Shown piece after piece: positions 1-11,700 of a stretch of 64,000 bases of DNA. Numbering within the stretch: position 1 is the first letter of the stretch; each line of letters starts with the position of its first letter. The stretch spans positions 39,035,626 to 39,099,625 of the forward strand of contig CM074516.1 of NCBI GenBank assembly GCA_037379345.1, written 5' to 3'. The translations under genes and the position numbers were made by a program. A model generated the notes under the pieces. It saw only the letters and a program-made list of their open reading frames with translations. It was not told the DNA's origin and ran no database searches. This stretch comes from Perna viridis (taxonomy: Eukaryota).

Positions 1-86
1 ATTCTATGGCATGTCAGTTTGGTTAACACGGTTTGTTCTTAAAACAGACGCTCGTGTATTAACAACGAGCTGGTGATTAAGTAGAC

Positions 87-254
87 TTGCTACAAGTCCC
101 TCTCTTTATATCAAAGAAAAAGTTAATTGATTGCATGTATTCCTCTGATATCAAATCAACTAATTATTACGGGAGAAAGTATTTGTGTTATCAGAGAGGT
201 TAATTACATAGATTTTCTGTGTCATATATATATAATAAAGAGGGACCTGTAGCA
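87..254. mobile_element. Small MITE-like hairpin element; second copy at ~53665-53848
   Basis: TTGCTACAAGTCCCTCT...AGAGGGACCTGTAGCAA inverted ends. The internal GTGTTATCAGAGAGGTTAATTACA is shared with the 53.8-kb copy. Confidence 0.6.
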
Positions 255-1358
255 AATATAGTGATAAAGTTTTTCAGTCTCTTTAGAAATTCGACTTTTT
301 AAGGGTTGGTAGATCGGAACATCTATATTGAACGTATTCAATACAGTACAGGACCGATGTATAAAAGGGTAGAAATTGTAGATTCAAATGGAAGACTGAA
401 GTTTTAAAAACAAAAAAGGTTGATGATGAAAACAATTTGATGTATGTGTTCAAGTTTGATCCCTGTTTATTCATTACTATAAATAAAACTCGAACACGTA
501 AAAAAAACTCTTACAATGAAACAAAACAATTACTTTAATTCCTGGATTATACTGAAGGATAGCTGAAATGTACTTTTATAACTTCCTGCAGATTACATGG
601 AAAGATAGTTCATTACAGATTTAATGTTCTAATGATGCGATAATGACACGATTAAAAATGTACTCCATAAATACTTAACATTATTGTCAGTGACATACTA
701 GATGACAACATCCATTAGGGGTAATAATTACCGTATAAAACTTGTTAATGGTTCCAGATACATCATATAACCCGATCAATGTATCATCTGACAATCACAC
801 AACTGATATGGGAGATGATACCAAGACCCGTGGTCCAACGAGATAAATGCTCAGTCCATGGGGTTTCGCATATTTCTGTAGGAAGCGTACGAAAGCTCAA
901 ACTTCTTTCTCACCAAAATGCTGGCTTCGGCCTCTGGCTAACAAATTGTTCTTCGGAAGTAAAGTCTGTATTGTTTGTTTGTTTTTGTTTTTGTTTTTGT
1001 TTTTGTTGTTTTTGTTTTGTTTAACATATCCAAATTGAAATGTATTCACGTGAACGTATTTTCCTTGATTTAGTCTTCGCGTTGTCTGTATTTTGTTTTT
1101 TTAAATGTATGTTGTTGGACCATTGATTTTTGTTTGAGTGATGACTTGCTTGGATAGTTACAATTCATTTACTTCAGAAATATATGGTTATTAGTCATAT
1201 TTGAAAACTTAATTTATGAGATTTATTGCCTTTTGTGTCTCGCTTTTTCGCAATTAAAGGAAGTTTATATACTTCTCTAGTTTTTTGTTTCCTTTGAACT
1301 GTGTAGTCTACGTTCTTGTGACGATAATGATATTTCGAAGTATTATGGCCGTTATTAC

Positions 1359-1627
1359 CAGGGGCGTACCTAGGCCTGTTTTAGTTATACGCAAAATTAC
1401 GGCGAGGGGTCTTGGGGGGTCGCTTAAGGCAAAGTACAAAATTTCCGGAATTGATGGTTTTGATATCGCGAATTACTTTATGGTGTATATTGGTGTATCA
1501 TTATGTATTGAAAAGGATTGTCATTGCATAAAACCTTTATTTCATTTTTAAAATGTGTGTTTTTGTTTTTGTTATTTTTTCCGAAAGTACGCAACTGCGT
1601 ATTTGCGTATAGGCAGCTACGCCCCTG
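1359..1627. mobile_element. MITE with CAGGGGCGTA terminal inverted repeats and ATTAC target-site duplication
   Basis: ATTAC|CAGGGGCGTA...TACGCCCCTG|ATTAC, with subterminal TACGCA motifs. Confidence 0.8.
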
Positions 1628-4600
1628 ATTACTGTAAAGGGTCTGAGTTTCCTTTCACTGAATTCAAGCGTAGTCGGGTATGACTCACTACACGTGAAAA
1701 TAGCAGGCGTCAAATGAACTCTGTAGCAGTCTTCCGCGTGGAACCAAAACCATAGACACAGATACACGTCAGGCGTATTACCATATTTGTCAATTTCCCG
1801 CAAAACCTGGTCATACAATGACTGTACATAAAACTTAAAAACAATGATTTACAGTTCGAGATTTTGATTAAGTATCAAAAACACCATGAATGTCATAAAA
1901 GACACAAGAAAACACATCATAATATCTGTTTTTATCCTTGTGACACGTGCCATTTCTTGTGACAAGGTAAGATACTATTTTTAGAAAATAAATTTTAATT
2001 GCATGTGTAAATGTCTTGGTAATATAGCTGAAAACCAGCATATGCATAGTCTACCTCGGTGTAGGCCAGACATGCAGATGTAAACGACGACCGGAAGTTG
2101 CATTTTAAACATTGTCCACTAAAGTGTACGTGGTTGGCCAGAACAAATAACGTGTTATTTCATTTGCGAAACTACACTCGATTCTAATATGATTTAATTA
2201 ATCTAATATTAATCTAACATTACATAGTAGTACATGGTGGAGAAAGACCTCCTTCACATCTAGTTTTTTTATCATCCGTTGTTCGTCAATCCGCGCGTAA
2301 CATTCATGCACTGTCTAAAACCGACATTCTTCATCGGATTTTGCCGAAACTTTGCATATAAACGTAGTTCATAGGGATCTTTATAAACTAATTTATCTAC
2401 AAAGAACAAGATAAAAGCCATCTATTATACTGTTGGGATCGGACTCTTGTTTTCCTTGTTTCAGTTTTTATGGATATGCAGAACATCCAGCAGTGTCACC
2501 GGTCTCATAAAATATTAAATACTTGTATTTGCTTTCATACTATAATAAATCGAATTCTGTAGATAGAAACTAGACACCATTTTATTATATATCGAACGAT
2601 TCATCATAATTTGTTAAAATATGTGTATGTATGTATTGACTTGTAATCCATCGAGAAATGAACTTAATCATTAATATTTCATGGCACCTGCCATGTGTAG
2701 TAATAAAAGCTCATGAGAGCTTATGTTATTGATAATATGAAAACACAGCTATGAGTAAAAATTACTAACTTGCTTACTTGCTTACTTAACTGGTGAAAAC
2801 CTGACTGCTTATAAAACCTTATATTACTGTTTCGTGAAATTGACCGGGTCTAGTGGCCCTACACAATTAGCTCGGGAGCTTAAAAAATCTTGATAGATTA
2901 TTTGCTGTATCCAATTAATACATGCAAACTTTGATACTTCTATCACAGAACACTGAAGCTGTATATGCATGTACATAAAAACATACCAGTTATTCCTCTA
3001 TTAAGTTGTCATAGTAAATATTTTTTTCTCTGATACTTCAATCATCGATCTAGTTAATAACTTCAATTTTCCCTGATAATTCAATTATCCATTTAACTAA
3101 TAAGATTCTTAACTGATTTATTTTTGTCTTTTTTTTTAACTTTTCATCTTTAAACATTTCAAATGTTGATATAATGTTTATTCATCCATGGAGTTTATTT
3201 GTTTTTGTAAATATTTCTGTTCGACATGATATAAGAAATAGACAGTTACCACATCATACATAGTAGAATACAAATTAGTTTTTAAACGACAGATTTTATC
3301 TTTTTCCAAGTTACATGTCAATGATATACTTAAGTAAACAGGATGTATAATTGCTCAAAAGTACCTTTGAAATTTATATAAAGAAACATAGTTTCTCTGG
3401 ACTATTGTTTAAATTTATCACAGCTGGTTTTGTTTTTAATTATAATTTTCTTTGGGTAGGGTTTTTTTTGTTTTTGACTGTTTTTATTTATTATTTTGTG
3501 TATGGTATTTTGTTTCCTGTATTTTTTTTTTTTTTTTTGAAGGGGTAATATTCAAAAAATGTATCATTATTTAATTGATAAGTGGTGATAGCTAAATCAT
3601 TTCTATTCTTGAAGGACGATCAGCGTTATTCAAACAGTAACGAATTCGGAGGAGGTCCGGGTGTAACAGAACTATCTAGCTCTGGAATGCTTCAAAGCCG
3701 AGAATAAATACATGTACGACTGAAACTTTTTAAGATAACAGTAAACAGCAATAGAAGAACCTATATTAAGAAGAGAGCGAGAGTCAGAATTTGTTCATTT
3801 CATGAATTTTTTAAATGAATGATCAAAAATAAGTCTACAACACGCCTCTTCCTGTTTGGACCCCAAAAGAAATCAGTGGATCACCCGTGTCCCGAATAAA
3901 TTTAACGTTTACATTTTATTTACTTTATCGGAGCATGTACTTTGTCCGTATCCCACAAATGAACCTTTGGTGTACAACATAGACGACTTACTTGTGAAAC
4001 AGTACGGTTGTTTCCGGCTATAGTGCATTCTCAATTTACGACTTCCGGTATAACTTGAGGTAATAGGAAACCTCTTAAAATTCATAAGTTATAACGAATT
4101 GTGATTGTTTCGTTGTCTTCTCTATTCAATGCATGTAAAACACAAAGGTTCTAATCATTTGTAACAAGCCTGTGTAATTGCAGTGAAAAAAGAATCTGTA
4201 TCTCTTTATAGACAATTTAGCTGAGAAATAACTGTTCTAGAAGCAATAAAAAGCTATTTATATCTTTTACTTTCCCAATAAGAAAGTCTGCATTTTATAG
4301 AAGTAAAGGGTACGTAACAGCCATCTATACTATATCGTTAAGAAAAATTGAAAATACTTGATATTGTCGGGGCCTTCCATATCTTACTTAAAAGTTTGTT
4401 TACACTGAAGACCTTTTGTTGATCTTTGAAAGTATGAACTATATTTTTATTTAGGCTATACGCGGTGCATTTGTCACGTTTCACCATATCAGTTTTTTTT
4501 CCTATCATGGACAACCAATTCTGTATAATCGATGCTTCAGATTCGTCCAAAATGCAACTTCGTTTAAGGCAAATTTACTCCATCTTTAGGGTTTGCATTC

Positions 4601-6489
4601 TACGTGACTTTACTTTGGAATCTATTTTCTGTACCGTACGCAATGTCGAATAAAAATTGAAATTATCTCACACGATCACCATCACTCCCTTTTTTACGGG
4701 TAGTCTCTAGTTACTGGTCATAGTCCAGGTTTCGAAATATTCTGAATGGCGGAGAGCTCGTCAGAACATGTTCTGTTCGCGTTTCAACTTATGTGTCAAA
4801 ACGCTGCGACTCTAAAATTTCACGTGGATCTAAGAGTTTGCCAACCCCAACTACGCGGAAAATGAAAACGAAAAAAAACTTCAAAATAATGTGTACTATA
4901 CAATAAAATTTTACTTCCTTATGTACAAAGTCAGGTAAATTTATACCATCACATGATTGTCCAAGTTATGTCAGTTTTATACAATATATATGTTATCTAT
5001 TTCTGCTTCAAGGAAATTAAGTTCAGTGTTTTTATGTTATAAGTGTCAAGCATGTCGACAATGCATTTTAGTTACAAGTATAATCAGTTTCCCAACGAAA
5101 TAGTTCCTTAAATGCGAGAATCATCTTCAGTTGTAAATGACAAAAAAAGTTATTATAACTTTGTTCTTTATTCAACTCCTCTATCTAAAAGTCATGTTTA
5201 AACTTGTCCTGTCACACTAAGGTCGCACTTGTGTATGCGTATAGTCCCGCATCTTTGTCTAATCGGAATTATATGACCTTTAGAAAGCCCTAGTCAACAT
5301 GCACGAATTTTGAGACGATCTTAATAATGACGAATCGTGTCCATTACTGTTAGGGGACACATGCAGGTGAAAATGTTGAACGAATTTACACAAATATGTG
5401 GCATCAAATTGATAAATGCGCTGAAGATGAGCGATATGATTTATCTTTGGTATGTGTCAAATTTTTCACCAGTGATGGCCAAGGCTTGCCGTCTGATTAA
5501 TAGAAGTGAAATGTAACATCATGTCCGGGTATACACATACGTCATCATAATAATTACATTCCTTTGAAATTAGCATCATCACCAACCTTTCAATTTATGT
5601 AAAACTTTTCATGGTGGATTGGCACTGATGATAAGAAACTGATAAGTTGAAAATTGTTGTACATATAGTTAGACTGAGGTTGTAGTTTATTATATGGAAT
5701 ATGTGTTGTATTCTGCTGGAAGAACACATTTAATAGATGATCAAAGCAGAACACATTATTTTTTCGTTTAGTATTATGTGAAAAGGTTTTACATGCGTTT
5801 ATTTCCACTTCAGACCAGGTCAGATGGTTCTATACCGCCAGATATGTGCAACCCTTTCAACCGTTTTCAACAAATGCTCATGGAAAAAGAAACCGAGCCT
5901 GTTAAGAACCCTGACACAAAATACACATATAATACACGTTTCATGATAGATACCACAGTGAGCCTAGAATCAAACGGAGAACTAATAAACGACGAGAGTG
6001 TAGTGATACATCCGAAGGGGACGGAGTTTATATTGTTTATATAAATACAAATAATTTGTCCATTTACCTCTGTGACACTTGTCATAATACCAAAATGACA
6101 CAGAGGAATTTGGAAGAGAAAAGGATGAATAGAAAAGGAAATTTATTTAATTGATTGACCAGATAAATTTACTTCTGTAATTTCAATAGAGACATGGTGT
6201 CTTTTTACGGTAATATTGACTGAACAATTACGAACAGTAAATGGAGCTGCCTTCAGCTGTATCTTATTTCCGTTCATAGCCATATTTATCTGCTATTGAA
6301 GTGGAAGTTACTTCCCGATGGGCGTCTTTACTGGGACTATAACCCAACTTATTTATAAGATCGTCGTCTCTGACGAAAGCTAAAAGGCCGGTAATAATGA
6401 TACACATGAGCATCATTAGCTAAAACTACATCGTCATTATAAACCATATGCGCTGGATATCAACAATCCAAGCTGACGAAGCTTAACGT

Positions 6490-6565
6490 TTTATAACCGT
6501 GATATAGGTGTGTTTGTATAACCGTGATATAGGTGTGTTTTATAACCGTTATATAGGTGTGTTTT
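6490..6565. repeat. Three tandem copies of a ~25-bp unit
   Basis: TATAACCGTKATATAGGTGTGTTT three times. Confidence 0.85.
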
Positions 6566-8851
6566 TTTCTATCCAGCTCCGTCCGTGCAAAACCCGAAAG
6601 GTTAGTCTTTGGCGTCAAAAACCACTCAGTCAGTCTATCCATCTAAAACATACTGCCAGATCGATGGTAAGGAGCTATAGATAACCCAGCATATTACATA
6701 TACGATGGTCCGATATGGTGTTAATGAACCCCTTGAGAATTTAACATAACATGGCACGTTCTAATGAGAAGAGAGTATTGTCTTACAGTAAAGTATGATG
6801 TACTTTATAGTACGTAGAGGATATTTACTACTAGTGATACTTGTCTGGAGCACCAGCTTCCTGTTTTGATTTTCTTTTGCAAAGAGGGTCATATTTTGTC
6901 TAAAGCAATTAAATCCAGAATTTTCGTTTTTATGATGTTTGTATACGTTTAAACAGCAAATGTTGTTTATGCACTTCATTAACGTTTTGTATAAATCTTT
7001 TATGATCTGCCTGTATTTTTAAATAATTTAACCCTATATATCTGAAAGTGTGGGTAAACCCAGTTAAACGACATTGTATATAACCCGAGGACTTCGTAAT
7101 CAATGCTTTACAACTTTTTAATGTACATTAAAGTTATTTTGACATGGTACCTTTTTGTTCGAGTGTCAGGGTCATTCTGGTCGACAACACTGATTATGGA
7201 TGATAATTGCCATTTCTGTCGTGTTAATGATTATCAGTACATGTTAAATTATTTGTTCAACTCGTAAACGGTTCTTTGTTTGAATCTTCAAAATTGAGTA
7301 TGACCTATTTTTATAATTTATACATGTAATAAAGATGAACGTATAAGTTTATAAGATGTTTTTATCACAATACGACACTTCACCCGTATAATGTTACAAA
7401 ACCCGTACATAAGTTTCGATCAGTCAGGAACATACAAAACCAAAATTAGGGATTTTTTTTCTTTTTTCTCCTGATTTTATGCATGCTAAGATCGATCCCC
7501 TACCAGTTTATTAACAAAGCAATTGCCCAAAAGATGACACTTTATTATGTTGTATAATATTTACTACAGTTATAAATTAGTTATATGATGTAGATGATAC
7601 ACTAGTCCATATCTCATTAGGTAAGACATGCTGAATACTGTACGGTATACATGTTGTTCTATTTTTATTTTGTAGGTATTACAGATGATACTTTTTTTGT
7701 AGTAAAGATAAGTCAGTGGCGAGTCCAGCCTCGAGGTCCGGGATTTAGAACATCGATCCCATTTTGTTACAAAATGTTGTTTCATTTCGTGCATTTTTGT
7801 TGCAAAAATTATATTGTCCAACACTAGCCTGGAACCACCTTTTTCTTGCCCACCCCCCACCCCCATTTTTTCATGAATAACCATTGCTGTCTTCTGCTGC
7901 CATTGCCATTCTTACGTCATTTTGTCTGTGTTCCTCTAAACTGGATTATTTGGATTATATTAAATGAGGTGTTAAACCCTCAACGTGATCTGGTTCATCT
8001 GACATAATTTGGCACGTTCTTCAGTATTGAGAAAGGATATACCCCCTGCGATGATATCGGTACTTGAAGTAATGTTATATAACATTTTACTATCTTTTTA
8101 ACCCATGAAGAGACATTTAATTTCCTTGACTTTCAACCGTAAAATGATATTTAAACTGTTGAATGCCAAACGAACGTGACATCTGGTCATTACACGTGTC
8201 AGTCTAATGAATTTTCTTCTCCTATCTATTTTTTTCTATATTTTGACCAGACGCCATTATTTAGACCCGCGTTTCAAAGATTTTTTGTAACATTTACAGC
8301 GTAGGTGGTATCCATAATTTTACAATAATATACTAAACATGTCATGAACCAGCAACTTCAGCTGTTTTCAAGAAATCTACTAGTATTTAATATTTAGAAA
8401 AATAATTCACAGTGAATTATTCATTTCCGATTTTCAGATCGGTGTATTTTAATTTGTCATGATGATTTTACTATTTTACGTATAACAGAAATAATCTTAA
8501 ACGCGATAGGGTGGTCAACATTGCAAAATTACTTAATTGTTTACTCTGTTTTCTTCTAAATTGTCTCCAGTGTCTATAATAAATGTCCTCGTTTGTAAAT
8601 CCCAGACATTGGTATCCAAATAGCAATGATGTATTGATAACCTGTCAATAGTTGCATAAAATTAAACGCATTATGATGAATGAGACATATAATGCAAGAT
8701 TTATGGTGTCTTTGATGAGGGTTTTTAACGACCTTGAATATCGATGCGCAGGCCTCTTATGGTTGATGTTAGTGGTTAGTAGAACCAACTAGTGTTGGTA
8801 GCGCAACCGTCTCCTTCGGGATACCTGACCGAAGAACTCGGTCAGAATATG

Positions 8852-10845
8852 TTTTTGTTTAAACATATTTTGTTTGCAAATAAACAAATTTGGATTAGAC
8901 AAGAATTATTCCAAAACATGGTCTTGTTCATGCACGGAATATAACACATAATAAATTGTTGAACAAATAAAGACAAGTGCAGTGTACAGCAATTTATAAT
9001 TTAATCTTTTAGAACAGTAGGTCCAAATCACCAAAAACAAATTTTACAATTTGGTGTAAAACGTTAATAAATAATTAAAAAATAAGAAACATGCCAAAAG
9101 TATTTAGATCAGTCTAGACAGAATCGACCTGAGTGCTAAATAAAATGTTGTATTGTTTTAAAGTTGTCAGCATTGCTGGTGTTATCAAGTATTGCTCTAC
9201 CAAAGAAAATCATAGCTATTCAATCTTCACCAGTATCCCGAGGATTGTCTATGAATAATTTACTTTGTTCTACATACAAAGGACATTCTAGAAAGTAATA
9301 GATACCATCCTCAATAGGCCAGCCACAGGTGCATTTCTGGTCAGGCACCAAACCCACTCTGAACTGATCAGCTTTGAGTGCACTACTCATGTGACATTGT
9401 CTTGTAAGCAAAATATTATGCTTTTGAATTCCATTCTAATAATATGAAGGTGGTTTGAACACGGAATTCTGATTTCTCAGTAATTGTTTGAAATTATCTA
9501 AGGTTGGTACCTGTCTCAATCGTAGGTCTAAACTATCCCACAATCGTATAGCGGATGGAAAGAATGACTTCGAAAAAGTTTTAATACTGCTTTGAGTGTA
9601 AACATAGTTAGCCTCATTTCTTAAATTATATAGATAGTTTGTGCCTACTATATGCGTTAAATAGTCTTTTAGACATGCTGGTATCTTACTATTGTGTACT
9701 CTATGGAATATATAGGGAGTTTACGTCGATGATCTCCTAATGTCTCCCAACCAGTTTCAAAATATAAAGATTCAATACTGGCATATCTTGGAAGACCGGT
9801 TACAATTCTGGCAGCCTCATTTTGTATTTTATTTAATTTATTTGCACATTCTGCAGAACATCCATCCCATAGTTCACAAGAATATTCCAGTAATGGTAAA
9901 ATATTAGTATGATAAATCTTATTCAAATTTGATTTGTTCAGAGTGAACTTGAGCTTTCACAGGACATCTAACTGTTTTGTTGCATTCAGACATACAATCA
10001 ATTTGGGCTGACCACTCACAATCCGAAGACAACACTACTCCTATATGCTTATGAGTATCAACCATCTCTACTCGTTGGTCATTTTAATATTGATTGGTTG
10101 TTCTATTACTTGGTTTGTAAAACATACAGCCTTGGTTTTGGCAGGGTTGAAGTCTACCCTCCAGTCTTCAGACCGTTTTTGTAGTTTAACAAGTTCTGAG
10201 TTAATGGTATGCTCTATTGTTAAATGATTCTGTGACGAACAGCCTAGGGACGTTTCAGCAAATAATCTACTCTAAAACTATTCAAATCATCAGATATATC
10301 AGTTATAAATATAAAAATAGTAAGAGTCCAAGAACAGAACCTTGCGGAACTCCCGCGTTGATAAAAGACTCGGATGACATAGAATCGTTAACAAGACTCT
10401 CTGCCGTCTTTTATGTAAATAGCTTTGAAGCCATAAAAGTACGTTTTGGTTAATTCCATATGATCTAAGCTTTACTATAAACCCCTTATGCCATACCTTA
10501 TCAAATGCCTTCGAAATATCACAGAACACAACACAAGAACTATATGTCTTGTTTAGAGCTTCACATATATTATGATTAATCTCATGCAGTTAGTTGATTG
10601 ACTGTAGTGTGCCTAGCCATGAATCCTGACCAAAATTTATATAACAATGAGTTTGTAATAAGATAGTTGTAAAGGTACTTATATACTACCCTCTCAAAAA
10701 TCTTTCCGACGCAACTTAATAACGCGATCGGTCGATAATCACGGGGAGAGACTTCTACACCTTTTTATAGCAAGGCATAACTGAAGCAAGCTTCGAAAAC
10801 TCCGGAAGTACTCCCGTTGATAATGATTTAATAAATATGATCTAT
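8852..10845 (-). mobile_element. Decayed non-LTR retrotransposon (CR1/L2-like LINE), RT and C-terminal region with 3' tail
   Basis: Frameshifted fragments DYRPIALLSCVGKIFERVV, FCDISKAFDKVWHKG, GVPQGSVLG, PLLEYSCELWDGC, CTCG...YFLECPLY. The YADD region appears deleted. 3' end resembles the AAAATATGTTTAAAC-type tail. Confidence 0.88.
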
Positions 10846-10913
10846 TAGCGGCTGTGCTGCAGTGTTAACGCCCTGGCCTACTCCCAGACCCCACGTGGGT
10901 CTAAGTGCGTTTC
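10842..10913 (-). repeat. Second, partial copy of the 18.7-kb structured motif, abutting the LINE 5' end
   Basis: Reverse complement GAAACGCACTTAGACCCACGTGGGGTCTGGGAGTAGGCCAGGGCGTTAACACTGCAGC aligns to ~18770-18841. Confidence 0.85.
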
Positions 10914-11330
10914 AATGTTGTTCCTTTACTTAAACGGTTAAAAACTTGGAAATTATTTGTAAGAAGCCATATGTCTCTATAGAAATTATATTTGTTTTGA
11001 CTTCGACTGCCTTCTCAAAGTTAAAACTCTGCTTTTTTTCCATTTTGTCAGATATGTTAAACGTATCAGTATTTGATTTGAAAGCTATTCATTCGATGAT
11101 AAAAATGATCTACGGAGAAAAACAAAATTAGATGTTATGTATGTAATTATTGCAATTACAAAGTGATTTTATTTGATTCTATCAATTCTTATGATAGATC
11201 TTAACAATAAAATCGTTCATATCAATCAAACAATATCACATCATGTTTTGAATACCATGTGTCCATTATACTTTTATATCCTGTTGTAGATGAAGATCCA
11301 TTCCATCTTAGATGGAATTCATATTCTTAC

Positions 11331-11700
11331 TGGGTTATGTTGCTACAAGATTGAAGTTATTTATGGTCGTTATCATGAACTCGTGGATCGTTACGGTGTA
11401 TCCATCTGTGAAAACTGATTTGTTCAACGTGTCATAGTTATCCTTTCCTCTTTTGACTACCCCGGACTTGACTCGGCGGGTGTTTCTAGAAAAAACAGAG
11501 GGCGCTTACCCTACCGGTGCACCTGGTCCATGCTCCCAGTTTTTTAGTGGAGTCTGAGTTGCTCAGTTGTTTTTTACTTTGTATGTATGACTTTAGTTAC
11601 TTTATGTTCTTTGTTGTGTATGTCTGTTTTCCATGTCTGCGGTCTTTGTCCCTGGATAACATCCTTTTGATTACCGCTAGGACATTGGTTCCCTTGATTA
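11331..11700 (+). mobile_element. Shorter copy of the same Penelope-like retroelement tail
   Basis: Colinear with 56043-56410, from GGGTTATGTTGCTACAAGATTGAAGT to GGTTCCCTTGATTA. Confidence 0.75.

Noticed and set aside
6360-6440. Hammerhead ribozyme-like CTGACGA...AGCTAA/TTAGCT...AAAAC
   Set aside because: The GAAA core reads AAAA, stem II is out of register, and no stem I partner follows the GTC.
8824-8847. Perfect hairpin CTGACCGA-AGAAC-TCGGTCAG as a terminator or Helitron end
   Set aside because: Isolated 8-bp stem with no U-tract or CTRR terminus and no second copy in the window.
10855-10872. Twister-like TAACACTGC on the minus strand
   Set aside because: The rest of the twister core and its pseudoknot partners are absent, and the other copy reads CAACACAGC.
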